64,000 bases of DNA from Basidiobolus meristosporus CBS 931.73. Lineage: Eukaryota; Fungi; Basidiobolomycota. A program made the translations under genes and the position numbers. Shown here piece by piece: positions 40,784-52,635 of the stretch. Numbering within the stretch: the first letter of the stretch is position 1; every line of letters begins with the position of its first letter. The stretch lies in the NCBI GenBank assembly GCA_002104905.1, contig MCFE01000362.1, positions 23,324 to 87,323 on the forward strand, read 5' to 3'. The notes under the pieces were generated by a model. The model did no database searches and had not been told where the DNA came from. It saw only the letters and a program-made list of their open reading frames with translations.

Positions 40784-43700
40784 TGTTACAAGTCTTGGTA
40801 TAAGAGTTGTAGAGGAATAGGGAGTTTAGCTAGTATTGTATTCACTAAAACTTGAACTGATTTTTATTGAGGTTCCAGCAGCTCCTTATATACATTTTGC
40901 CAGATCAATTGCTGACTAATTGTATTTCCTAATGTAGGTTGTGGCTGATGACTCATTTGATTGCATCATCATCACCCAATAAGATCCTACTTAATATATC
41001 TATTTCTGTCTGATAAGGATCTGCTGATTCATTTGCTGACTAATGCTACTGATTTCATAGATAATACTGATGTACTGATAACCTAAACATATACTAACTG
41101 ATTTGACTAAAAACTGATCTAACTTAAACATTCAAGCGGCAGATCATAACATTCTCCCCTACTAAAGTTGAGAGGGTTCTCCTGAATCTCTTTTCTTGTG
41201 ATACCAATATCTTGATGGTTCAGTATTATCAGCAAGTCTTGCAAGCTTGAGTCTGTCCCTATGCACTAAGTCTTCCCGGATATTGCCTTGTTTGTCCACC
41301 AGTTGGTAAGTTGCAAATGGACATTCTCTGATGATCTTGAATGGTCCTGTCCATTGTGGCTCAAACTTCTTCCAAGTGTTGTTTCTTAGCAATACAAAGT
41401 TCCCAACTGTCAATGCTTCTGGTGCTATAGTCTTATCAAATCTCTGCTTCATCTTTTCTGCACTTTGAGATACTTTGGTCTGTGCCTCTTGACGTCTTTG
41501 TTCCAGTTGCTGGTGTCTACTTGGCTGACTGAGTTCATCTTCTAAGGTGTCTGTAAGCTTTGGTTGTGTGAGATCTCCTGGAATCCTTGGTTCACATCCA
41601 TAAACTAAGTAAAATGGTGATTGCTGGGTGGTGTTGTGTACTCTGACTCTGCATGCAAAGAGTGCTTGGTCTATATACTCATCCCATCTACTGACAACTC
41701 CATTTGCATACTTGGTCAGCATTTTTCCAAATAATCCATTAAACCGCTCAGTGACTCCATTAGTTCTGGGGTGGTATGCCGAGGTTTTCAAGTGTCTGAT
41801 CTGCTGCATTTCCAGGTAAGCCTCTAATGTCTTTGCCATAAAGTTTGCACCTCTATTGGATAAGATCTCCACAGGGCATCCAAACTTCATCAGGATCTCA
41901 TGGTAAATGAAACTTGCAACTTCTTGTTCACTGGCTATTGGTACAGCTTTAGCAACTGGCCATTTAGTGGCATGGTCAATTGCTACTAGGATCCAACGGT
42001 TGCATTTCCTGGTAGTTGGCAGTCTTCCAATAAAGTCAATTCCCCATCTCTCAAATGGTCTTACAGGCTCCAAAGGGAAGAGTTCGGCAATTCTTTGTGG
42101 CTGGCCTTGATTGATTTGGCAGTTTGGGCATGTTTTTACTAGCTTCTCAATGTCTTGTTTCATTCTGGGCCACCATGCTCTGGCTTTTACAAGGCTATAG
42201 GTTCCTTCAATCCCAAGATGTCCATATCCATTGTGTAGCTTATGTATTAAATCCAGGCGAGCAACATAAGGACAATAGGCAATAGGGCTTCCATCAACAA
42301 TTCGGTAGAGTGTTTCATTCTGTACAACAAATTTGCTGGCCTCATCACGGATTATCTTCTTGATATCTTCATCCACCTCATTAGGAATGGCTTGGTCCTC
42401 CAAGTACTTTGGTAATAGGCTAGGCCAATCTGATTCATGCACCAAGTTGAGTTGTGCAACTTGATCTAATCTTGATAAGGCATCAGCAACCGTGTTGTTT
42501 TTTCCAGGACAGTAGACAATCTCCAGGTCAAATTGCTGAATGTATTCACTCCATCTTGTCATTCTTCTAGAGAGTACCTTCTGAGTAAATATATACTTGA
42601 GGGAGGCATGATCAGTCTTCACAGTGCATTTGACTCCTTCAATATAGCATCTCCATGTCTTCAAACAGTGTATTATAGCAAGCATCTCCTTCTCATGAAC
42701 TGGATAGTTTTGTTCTGCTGAGTTCAGTTTCTTGGATTCAAAGGCAACAGGGTAGTCCTTTCCCTCGTGTTCTTGGCTCAGCACTCCACCAATTGCATAA
42801 TCTGAAGCATCTGTGCACAGAGTGAACTCTTTCCTGAAGTCTGGTATTCTTAAGCTTGGCAGCTTAGCAAGTTCATTCTTTAGTGTCTGGAAGGCAGTCT
42901 CACAAGCTATGTCCCACTTGTAGGTATTGTCTTTCTTGAGGATATCAGTTAAAGGGGCTGCAATACTTGCAAATGACTTGACAAATCTCCGATAATAGGA
43001 AACCATTCCAAGGAAGGATCTGAGTTCTGATATGCTATGGGGCTGCTTCAAATTCTTGATTACTTCCACCTTCTTGGGGTCTAAGGTTACTCCTGTGCTA
43101 GTCACTATGTGTCCCAGATATTCTACGTGTTCCTTGAAGAATTCACACTTGGCTAGCTTGCCGTATAGCTTGTTCTCTCTTAGTTTCTTCAAGACCTTTT
43201 CAATGTGCACCATGTGATCCTTTTCTGTCTTGCTGTATATCAATATGTCATCCAGGTAGATTATCACAAACTTGTCTAAGTACTCCTGAAAGACAGTCTG
43301 CATCAGCGTCATGAATGTTGCAGGGGCATTAGTGAGGCCAAAACTCATGACTAAGTACTCGTAATGTCCATATCTGGTCCTGAATGCTGTCTTAGGGATA
43401 TCTTCTGGTTTTACCCTAATCTGGTTGTATCCTGACATGAGGTCAATCTTGCTGAAAATAGTGGCTCCATTAAGTTGGTCTAAAAGCTCATCAATCCGAG
43501 GTATGGGGTACTTATTCTTGACGGTAACTGAGTTCAGGGCTCTGTAGTCAATGCACATCCTAAGTGTTCCATCCTTCTTTTTCACAAAAAGCACTGGTGC
43601 TCCCCAAGGTGACTTGCTGGGCCTGATGTATCCTTGCTCCAATAGCTGATCAATTTGTTTCTTCATTTCCTCCAATTCCAATGGACTCATTCTGTAAGGT

Positions 43701-45721
43701 GTCTTGCTCACTGGAGGGCTATCTCCTGTGTCAATGGCATGATCCACATCTCTGACTGGTGGTAGGCTTACAAGCTCATCTGGAAACACGTCTGAATATT
43801 TCTTCAAGAGAGTCTGGACCTGCTGGGGTGCTGGGATAGAGGAATCCTCCTGTAATACCGCCATGAGGAACATCTGGGTACCTTTTCTAAGTGCTCTACA
43901 GAACTGGGTCTTGCTAAGTTCACTTGTCTCACACACACTGGAATTGACCAAGTTGAAATCCAGCCTGGCAGGTAATAGCTCATAGGTCTTGTTGTCTTTT
44001 TGGATCTGAGTAGCATGGGTTCTCCAGTTGATTGATGGATTACGACAAAATAGCCAGGTTTTCCCAAGTACAAGGTCAAACTTGCAGTTCCCAAATATAT
44101 AAGCCTGTAGGTCTTCTTCATAGTCATTGATCTTCATTCTTACTGGCTGGGTAATACGGTTGATTATGTGGGAGTTCCCATCAGCTGTGGAAACTGAAGT
44201 TGATTTGGTAGGTTCCGAGTTGATTCCAGCTTTCAAAGCAAATTGCTCTGACATGTACTCATGCGATGCTCCTGAGTCAATCATGATCTTGGCAGGTACT
44301 CCATTGATTGCTCCATTCAGGTACAATAACTTCCCTGAGTTTGAAGTCATTTGGGACAAGTACTCTTCTGTCATATGGAAGGTGAGTTCCGAGTCTTCTT
44401 CAAGCTCATCTTCCTCATTATTGTGTTCATGGGACTCAATATGGTTGAAGGTTCTTGTTGGCTGGTGTCCATTTCTTCTCTGAGGGCAGTACTTTGCAAT
44501 ATGTCCCTGCTGGTGGCAATTGAAGCAAAGTCCTCTCTTCTTGCATTCTTCTGAGGAGGGATTCTTCTGCATAGCGTCTATTTCCATTGGTACTGCTTCT
44601 GATTGTCTTCTTTCATAATGATTATAGCCTTTCTGACTAGTCACTGTAGGCTTCCCAACTCCAAACATAGCTGAGTCATAGTCAATGGCAATCTTGATGG
44701 CTTCTTCAATAGTCTGAGGTCTTCGGTAATTGACTTCCTTGCGAGTTCTTTCTTTCAACCCATCAATAAAGTATTCAACTTGATCCAAGGGGTCCATTCT
44801 TTCAATTTGTCCAAGTAGACATCTGTACTCATAGATGTATTCTTGCACCATTCCTTTCTGTCTGAGTGTCTTTAACTTCCTTCTTAGTAGTGTCTGCTGG
44901 TGTGGAGGTTCAAAAGCATCCTGAATTTCCGACACAAACTCATCCCAGGTAGAGATTGTAGAGCATCCCAACATAGTAGCTGACCTGATCTTGTTGTGGT
45001 ACCACTGTAAAGCTGCATCTGCCAGGTAAGAAGCTGCATAATGCAACTTGCTCTCTGGAGCAATTCCTTTAGCTTTAAAAGCTTCTTCAATCTGAAAGAG
45101 CCAAGTTCCCAGGTTTTCATTGACTCTGCCATGGTACCGGTTGACCTTCACACTAAAGTTGCTCTTGACAGGGCTTTGCTGGCTCTGAGCCATGGTAGTC
45201 ATTCCTTGTTGCTGTTGGCTGAGGATCTGGAGTAGCTGTTGCTGTTGGGCCAGGATTTGCTGCATGGCATTCTTCCATTCTTGATTGTCCGACATCTTGA
45301 GGGTGGTTTCTTCTTTCTTCAGGAGGGAGGTTTCTGGTTTTCGCTGCTACCAATGTTACAAGTCTTGGTATAAGAGTTGTAGAGGAATAGGGAGTTTAGC
45401 TAGTATTGTATTCACTAAAACTTGAACTGATTTTTATTGAGGTTCCAGCAGCTCCTTATATACATTTTGCCAGATCAATTGCTGACTAATTGTATTTCCT
45501 AATGTAGGTTGTGGCTGATGACTCATTTGATTGCATCATCATCACCCAATAAGATCCTACTTAATATATCTATTTCTGTCTGATAAGGATCTGCTGATTC
45601 ATTTGCTGACTAATGCTACTGATTTCATAGATAATACTGATGTACTGATAACCTAAACATATACTAACTGATTTGACTAAAAACTGATCTAACTTAAACA
45701 TTCAAGCGGCAGATCATAACA
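40784..45721 (-). mobile_element. Young full-length Ty3/Gypsy retrotransposon, 4938 bp
   Basis: Two 368-bp LTRs (40784-41151, 45354-45721) identical by eye, TG...CA; TSD GTAA; PBS TGGTAGCAGCGA; PPT AGTAGGGGAGAA. Confidence 0.98.
41162..45295 (-). CDS. Gag-Pol polyprotein (Gag, protease, RT, RNase H, integrase), single frame, 1377 aa
   Basis: [38 protein letters not shown]...CPNC, GIDFIG...SNRG...GVTERFN, WTGPF. No chromodomain visible. Confidence 0.97.
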   Translation of the reverse strand: MSDNQEWKNAMQQILAQQQQLLQILSQQQQGMTTMAQSQQSPVKSNFSVKVNRYHGRVNENLGTWLFQIEEAFKAKGIAPESKLHYAASYLADAALQWYHNKIRSATMLGCSTISTWDEFVSEIQDAFEPPHQQTLLRRKLKTLRQKGMVQEYIYEYRCLLGQIERMDPLDQVEYFIDGLKERTRKEVNYRRPQTIEEAIKIAIDYDSAMFGVGKPTVTSQKGYNHYERRQSEAVPMEIDAMQKNPSSEECKKRGLCFNCHQQGHIAKYCPQRRNGHQPTRTFNHIESHEHNNEEDELEEDSELTFHMTEEYLSQMTSNSGKLLYLNGAINGVPAKIMIDSGASHEYMSEQFALKAGINSEPTKSTSVSTADGNSHIINRITQPVRMKINDYEEDLQAYIFGNCKFDLVLGKTWLFCRNPSINWRTHATQIQKDNKTYELLPARLDFNLVNSSVCETSELSKTQFCRALRKGTQMFLMAVLQEDSSIPAPQQVQTLLKKYSDVFPDELVSLPPVRDVDHAIDTGDSPPVSKTPYRMSPLELEEMKKQIDQLLEQGYIRPSKSPWGAPVLFVKKKDGTLRMCIDYRALNSVTVKNKYPIPRIDELLDQLNGATIFSKIDLMSGYNQIRVKPEDIPKTAFRTRYGHYEYLVMSFGLTNAPATFMTLMQTVFQEYLDKFVIIYLDDILIYSKTEKDHMVHIEKVLKKLRENKLYGKLAKCEFFKEHVEYLGHIVTSTGVTLDPKKVEVIKNLKQPHSISELRSFLGMVSYYRRFVKSFASIAAPLTDILKKDNTYKWDIACETAFQTLKNELAKLPSLRIPDFRKEFTLCTDASDYAIGGVLSQEHEGKDYPVAFESKKLNSAEQNYPVHEKEMLAIIHCLKTWRCYIEGVKCTVKTDHASLKYIFTQKVLSRRMTRWSEYIQQFDLEIVYCPGKNNTVADALSRLDQVAQLNLVHESDWPSLLPKYLEDQAIPNEVDEDIKKIIRDEASKFVVQNETLYRIVDGSPIAYCPYVARLDLIHKLHNGYGHLGIEGTYSLVKARAWWPRMKQDIEKLVKTCPNCQINQGQPQRIAELFPLEPVRPFERWGIDFIGRLPTTRKCNRWILVAIDHATKWPVAKAVPIASEQEVASFIYHEILMKFGCPVEILSNRGANFMAKTLEAYLEMQQIRHLKTSAYHPRTNGVTERFNGLFGKMLTKYANGVVSRWDEYIDQALFACRVRVHNTTQQSPFYLVYGCEPRIPGDLTQPKLTDTLEDELSQPSRHQQLEQRRQEAQTKVSQSAEKMKQRFDKTIAPEALTVGNFVLLRNNTWKKFEPQWTGPFKIIRECPFATYQLVDKQGNIREDLVHRDRLKLARLADNTEPSRYWYHKKRDSGEPSQL

Positions 45722-48049
45722 GTAATACTCTCTTCCAAATATATGCTGCCAAAAAATAAAGCAAAATTGACTGTTACACAACCAAACCCCATTGCAAACA
45801 ATAGCAGAAAAATAGTTGGACAGCAACTTTCTATGACATTGAGTGCCGCAAGTAGGGCTACATCCAAAAATGGTCATGTTGACAGTGTGCCCACTGAAGG
45901 TAATACTGTGGAATGCTCAGGTTCTCAGTCAAGTAGGCATATGTGAATCTCTGCAGAGCTGCAAGCTGACCAAAGTACTCAAGCAGATGAGAATGTTGCA
46001 AGTTCAGGACCTCCAGTAGAAGGCCAGTAAATGACAGTCATAACATCACCACTACCCATAATATCAAGTATGTTGTCACCTCATACTAAAGCATTAATGA
46101 GGCAATTAGGTGCAGTGGCTGATAGGATATGGCCTGGAGAAATTAATGAATAGTCCAGAGTCAGGATGAGCAGATAGTACATATAGAGCAACTGATATCC
46201 CAGGTTGAGAATGCATTATCTTGACTGCAAAGAAGGAACTCAGATAGTTCAATTTGACAGCCAAGAAGCACTGTGTAGTTTTTGAAGCACAACAACAATT
46301 CCCAAAGATAAAGCTCATAGAAGACCTATCACAGCATGGGAGGGAGAGACTGTGGTGTTTATACCAAAGCCTAAAAATCAAAAGTAATTGAAGATATGTG
46401 AAGTTGTCAAGTTCAATGGGGAAGAATGGACTAATATTCAAGAGTCTCCAAGATGTCTAGCACTGCATCACCTCAAGGCCAGCATACCATGGGACCATCA
46501 GGAACTCAACACCAGGCAGAAGGTGCTTGATTCATGAGCATCATCCTGGACTCAAGCAAGCAAATGAATTATGTACCAGCATTCATATGTTAAAGAAGTA
46601 TCTCAAGAATAGCTGAAACTGGCAAATGCAGACAGACAAGGGCGCCATGGCTAAAAACCAGTAGCTTTGTCAAGGGCTTGTAACAAGCAGGGTTGAAAGC
46701 TTCAATCCATTAGCAGGGAAATTTGAGGTAGGCAGGAGAGTGCCAGAGAGGGACAAGCAGGCTTACACAGTTGTATGAATGCAGCAATTATCAAGGAAAA
46801 ACCATAGCTCAATCAAAGAAGCACTCAGTCAAAGTAGCAGTGGAGGATTTGGCAGTGATGCAAACCCACAGCTTTTGCAGGAGCCTGTCACAAGCAGAGC
46901 TGAAAGCTCCAAAAAAGTAGCAAAGAAGTTTCTCATTGCCATGGGAGAGCCAGCAAGGGACAAGCAGGCAAAAGCAGAAGCACAAATGCAGCATTCATCA
47001 AGGAACAACATAGTACAATAAAAGAAGCACTCAGTCAAAGCAGTAGTGACAGAATTGGCAGTGATTAAAGTAAAGATAATTGAAGAAAAAGTCTACCTGG
47101 CCAGAGACATGGAAGTGTGAGAAAAAAGCTGCAGCTCTCACCATTTATGCTGTCAGCACAGAACAGGCTGAATTCTTTAATAGCCATCAAGAATTACCAA
47201 CCAGATAATAGCTGTGTTCTCAAAAGCTGGAAGTGCAGTCAATTGAGCAACACTCTGGTGAAGTTGATGAGCTTGCAGAGAAAAGCAACAATGTCAAGAG
47301 CTCAAAAGACTATTACTCTGCCTACTGTGGAACTTTGGAGCATTAATAGGCACACCAAGAGGTTGCTGCTTTTCATCATGAACTGTGCTCAAGAAAACGC
47401 ACTTGAATATTACAGGAGCTTGTTGCAAAGACTGACAGATGAGATGCTTAGCCTTGAAGTGCTGGTAAAAGCTAGAACATATGGGAACCAGTGAAGGAAC
47501 AGTGACATAAGGCCACATGGTTCCCACCAAAGTCATGAAAAAAGGGTGTTACAGCAGAAATACTTGTTGAATGGTGAATTTTAATGTAATTGTTTGTTGA
47601 TGGTAGGGTTGGGCTTAATGTCAGTGTTAGGTATAGGGACTTGCATAGGCCAATACAATTGGCAATTGAGTTACAACTGCAGAGTGAAATGAAATAAACC
47701 AATTTATATGCTTGAAAAGTAAGAGAATTGGTTGAGTGAGGAGGTAAAGAGTGTCAAAAAGAGGCAAACACCAAGCAATGCATGCAAATATAGGAGGTGT
47801 TTGAGTTTCCTGGATCAGAAAGTGAGCAAATTGGCAGAGAAACTATCAAAAGCCACTTATATATTGATGTGATGAAAAATTTTGACTAGGTTTCCTGTGA
47901 AATCCAGGATGCAATTGTTGTTCAATAATCTCTGCATGGTGCCCTGATGGGCTTAACACCTCTTAATCATGGCACTTAAGTTCTGTGACAGCCTTCTGAA
48001 AGGATCATCACAATTATTTTTCATACGAGCTCTCTCCCACTGAGATAAG

Positions 48050-48880
48050 TGATATCTATATAACAGGTATAAAGGACTATGTTATCTTCTGGGTGGCTCC
48101 TAGTTTTATACTGGTCAACTGTTGCCTGGCTATATACTCAAATCTGGCTTGCAATCATCTGCTTCACTCTTTCTGTTTGGCTGGTAGTAAAAATTATTGA
48201 GTTAATTCTTCTAAATTTGTATATTACTTTCTCCCACTATTTAGAGACTTAAACAAGGTGATGGCTCATCTGGGAGCTCTGTATTTAGCTGCTGGTGCAT
48301 TGAATTAGTATGAAAACACTTGATGCAATAAGGCATTCTTCCAATGGATTGCATAGGACATATCCATACTCCAGGTCCATATATATGCATTATATATCAG
48401 TAGGATTCTAACAATTGAGGAATCTTGCTTTTGAGAGCTGTTTCCATTGCTGTACAGTCCAGAATGGCCGTTAATATCCCCAGTATTGGCACTTTCAGCC
48501 TTATCTTAAGTGTCAACAGATTTTGGTAAAATCCTCCTCCAACAATCATTCAATAATGGTCTATCTTTTACAACTCAAAGTAATATCCTCTCCAAAAGCT
48601 TGTCTAGTAGTAACTGGGGTCATATAAGTACATGTATCAATATATATCAATGAAGATCTGAATCCTCAATTGTAGGAATTATGCAATTTTCATTAGTAGT
48701 TACAGAGCACCAACAGACTCAATTTCTTGAAATATTTACATGCCAGTTTGATAGACACTTTTTGATAGCTAAGCTGAGAAGTTACTGAGAGTGTTGTTTT
48801 GAAGGCAGGGCCTTCTTCTTCAAGTCAATATCCTTGTAAACATAGTCCTTTAGCAGCAGTAGTTATCTTCAACTTAAGCA
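48050..48880 (-). pseudogene. Possible highly decayed LINE-type (EEP) endonuclease fragment
   Basis: Scattered motifs in plausible order: LKITTAAKGL, CTYMTP, GDINGHS. No RT seen. Confidence 0.3.
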
Positions 48881-49121
48881 GCACAATAGTAAGGAAAGCT
48901 TTTCTTGAGAGAGGCAGAAAAAGGACCCAAAGCAAAGCAGACAACAGGAGGACAGCAAGCTCAGGGTGTATAACCTGCTGCATTATTCTGAAGAGTATTT
49001 GAAATGATGTGCAAACTAGAGGATTTAGATGTTTTTTACATATAGACTTACTGATCAAAAGTATGATAGTGTAGTTTGACGGAGTAGAGCAAACAAGCAT
49101 GTACAGTTTGTAATGGAAGGT

Positions 49122-50265
49122 CCCTGTTCACAATAACCTGGTCCCTTGGGTGGATCCAATCTGGAACAGCCATCAGGATCCTACAGAGAATCTGTCATAT
49201 TGCCAGCAGCTTAAAATCAATGACCCTCCACTCAATCTTATGACAGAATTGTGAAGGCATTTTGCTGATTTACTTCCAAATAAAGAAAAAAAGTTGATGG
49301 TGTTTAAACTGTCTTTTGACAAGAATTGCATGGCATTTCAATGGTCTTAATACACACTACTTTATTTGTGGGACCTAAGCAGCTATTACATATAAATACC
49401 TTATGTGGCAAGAAACTTGACAGTGTTCTGACAGCCTCATTGCAAGTCTTTGGTGCCACTATAATGGCAGTATGGTGGCCTACAGCCAGCTCTGTATTAT
49501 GCTACTGTACCAATTTACCAAAGAGTACTTTCTTTGCCAACCTCTCCTTGTACCACTCATATATTTCACTATATAATTGCTCCGCTTAAGTTGCTTACCC
49601 ACTACAACCCTGGGTATTCCACATATAGTAAAAGTTAAAAGGAACTATGGCCTCCTGCTTATGAAACTACACATACATGCACACCTGCTAAAATTGACAC
49701 GCATCTATCACCTCAACTTTACACCTTCTTTGTGTGATACTTGCAAAGTTGCCATATACGTTCTACTGCTGGTACATATACACCTTTCATACATATGCTT
49801 GGTTGCAACCACTTTTGCCATGAATACGTCCTGAATATCCACCAAGACTTCTTAGTATTTAGCCATTATTTTCCTTCTCCCTAATAGATTTTGGCTGCAA
49901 ATGGATACACTAGCAGCAGAGCTTCACACATCAGCTTAATGCTTGTACTGTGGCTGCTCAAATCTCATCACAAACTCCTTGCATGAAAGCTGTGGATGTG
50001 TCAAGTTGGCATTGGTGATCTGTTGATATATAAGTAGTCCTGCAATGTCAGCATATGACTCCCAATGCTTCAATGTACTCTTGATGGAAATGGCTTCAGA
50101 AGTGCACTTGAATAAATATATATCCAGTTCATCCAGTCCTTGTATTTGTTTTATTGCATATGCATATGAATATTGATTTGAGCTTATGAGAATTACTTTG
50201 AGTAGTGGATACCCTGTAATATCTTGCAAGTTTTTTCCAAATTTATCTGGTATCTTGAAGTACTC
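49122..50265 (-). mobile_element. CACTA-like Tnp2 3' fragment with degenerate terminus
   Basis: Homologous to 24713-26180; interrupted at 50266. Confidence 0.7.
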
Positions 50266-50414
50266 CCCATGAAAAAATATTGTAATGATCCCATCAAAAG
50301 GCCATCACAAAGTTAAAGTCCTGTGACTAAGAGGTACTGATACCACCAGGACACTGTTCAGAGACCATTGAAAAATAATTGCACCCCAGATTTCATAAAT
50401 AACTTGGTCAAAAT

Positions 50415-52509
50415 CCCTATGTAAAATTATTGAGATGATCCTGTCCAAAGGCCATCACAGAGTTAAAGTCCCAAGACTAAGAGGTACTGATCTTGTTGGG
50501 ACACTGTCCAGAGACCATTGAAAAATAATTGAACCCCAGATTTCACAAAAAACTTAGTCAAATTTTTCATAACAACAATATATAAGTAGCTTTTGATTGA
50601 TTCCCTGCCAATTTGCTCACTTTCTGATCCCATATACTCTTTTGCCTCCTACATTTGTGTGAATTGGTTGGCTATTGCCTCTATTTTACACTTCTAACTT
50701 CCTGACTGAACTGTTTCTCTTACTTTTCATGTGTACAAATTGATTTATTTCCGTTGAAACTTCAGTTGTACCTCAATTGCCAATTGTATTGACGTACACA
50801 AGTCTCTATACCCTACACTAACATTAAGCCCAACCCCACACCTAGCAAGTAACTCCATTAAAATCCACCACTCAATAAGTATTTCTGCAGAGTTGCCCTG
50901 TTTCCATAACTTTGGTGGGAACCCAATGGCGTAATGCCACTGTTCATTCACTGGTTCCCACATGTCCTGGTCTTCAGCTGGTACTGCAAGGTCTAGCGCT
51001 TTGTCTGCCAGTCTTTTCAATAAATCCATGCAATATTCCAGTGCATTTTCTTGAGCACTGCTCTTGAAGAAGTGCTGCAACCTCTTGGTGTGCCTATTAA
51101 TGCTTCAAAATCCACTGAAGGCATTGTGATAGCCCTTTGAGCTCTTGATGTTGTAGCCTTGTCTGTTGGTGGGATCTCTACACTGTCAACAATGGAGGAT
51201 ATGGAGGCTGTGGTAGACAAACTGCCTTTTCAGCAAACTCATCTCCCTTGCTGGAGTGTAGCTCGACTAGCTGTGCTTCCAACTCTTGTGAAAACAGCTG
51301 TTTTCTTGTTGGTGATTCTTCTTGACTATGATGGGATTCAGTCTGTTCCTGGCTTGCAGCGTTAATTGGCAAGAACTGCAGCTCTTTTTGCATGCCTTGC
51401 TGTCTCAGGCTTGGGTAGACATTTTTCCCTTTACCTTTTCCTTTATCACTGCCAGGTCTTACACTGCTACTTTGTCTGAGTGCTTCTTGTAAAGAACTAT
51501 GTTTTCTCCTGGATAAATTCTGCTCTGATGCATCTGTCTTGGCCTGCTTGTTGCTTACTGGCACTTTTCTGGCAACCTGATGTTTCTATTCTGCTTGTGT
51601 TGAGCTCTCAACCATGGTTGTGATGGGCTCCTGTAAAAGCAGCTGGTTTTTATCACTGTCAGGTCCTTCACTGCCACCTTGACTGGGTGCTTCTTGAGTG
51701 GTACTATGCTTTTTCCTTGATAAATGTTGTGCTGGTGCATCCATATCTGCCTGCTTGTCCCTAATTGGTACTCTTCCAGCTACGTCATGTCTCTTTGATG
51801 CTTGTCTGGAGCTTTTTGCCCTGCTTGTAACAGGCTCTTGAGGAAGCTGCTAGTTTTTAGCCATGGCACCTTTGTTCTTCAGTCTTTGATAGTTTCTGCT
51901 ACTCTTAAAATACTTTCTTACTTTACCAATGCTGGCCTAAGATCCTGTTGCCTGTTTGAATCCAGGTTAATGCTCATGGAACAAGTCAAGTGCATTCTAC
52001 TTGGCCTTGAGCTCCTAATGGTCCCATGGTACACCGGCCTTAAGGTGATGGTACACTAGACTTCTGATGGCCTCTTGTATGTTAGCCCACTCTTTATAAT
52101 TGCACTCAACAGCTTCACAGATTTTCAATATCTTTTGATTTTTGTGCTATGGTATAAACACCAAATTGTCTCCGTCCCACACTGTGATAGGTTTTTCTGT
52201 TAGCTTTATCTATGGGCACTGTGGTTGTGCTTCATAGACTGTACAGTGTTCCTCTGCTTTTACATTGGGAAATGGCTCAATTCTTAGCTGTGACATTGAG
52301 CTACTTGAGTTCCTTCTTTGCAGCAAAGATACTACTTAATCTACCTGGGATATTGATAGCTCTAAACATACTATCTGCAAGATCCCATCATAACATTGGT
52401 TGGATGGTCATTAATTCCAAGCTACTGGTATTATGACAGTCTCTCAACACAATCCTGATGGCTGATGCAGATTGGATCCACCTGCGGGACCAAATTATTT
52501 TTCATAGGG
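50415..52509 (-). mobile_element. Complete non-autonomous CACTA-like element (second ORF only), nested in a sibling that starts at 50266 and resumes at 52510
   Basis: TIRs CCCTATGTAAAATTATT and AATTATTTTTCATAGGG; flanks AAT and AAC; removing it restores GTCAAAATTTTTC as seen in other copies. Confidence 0.8.
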
Positions 52510-52635
52510 AACTTTTCATCACAGCAATATAGAAGTAATTTTTGATTGGCTCCCCGCCACTTTACTCACTTTCTGATCCCAGACACTCTATTACCTCCTA
52601 CATTTGTGTGCATTGAATGGCTATTGCCTTGTTTC

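Larger units (their letters stand above)
37848..48028. mobile_element. Largest CACTA-like remnant: Tnp2 (-, to ~39960), spacer containing the Gypsy, second ORF (+, ~46100-47690), terminus
   Basis: FALPLDRFSLKK and FPLEAMHLLF on the minus strand; second ORF on the plus strand; degenerate terminus ATTATTTTTCATACGA at ~48028. Continuity across the spacer is inferred. Confidence 0.6.

Noticed and set aside
41162-41400. Chromodomain at the Gypsy integrase C-terminus
   Set aside because: The protein ends shortly after the GPF motif with no chromodomain consensus.
50266-50560. Apparent ~149-bp tandem repeat
   Set aside because: Better explained as one element end nested 149 bp inside a sibling end; the outer sequence resumes at 52510 with a 3-bp duplication.
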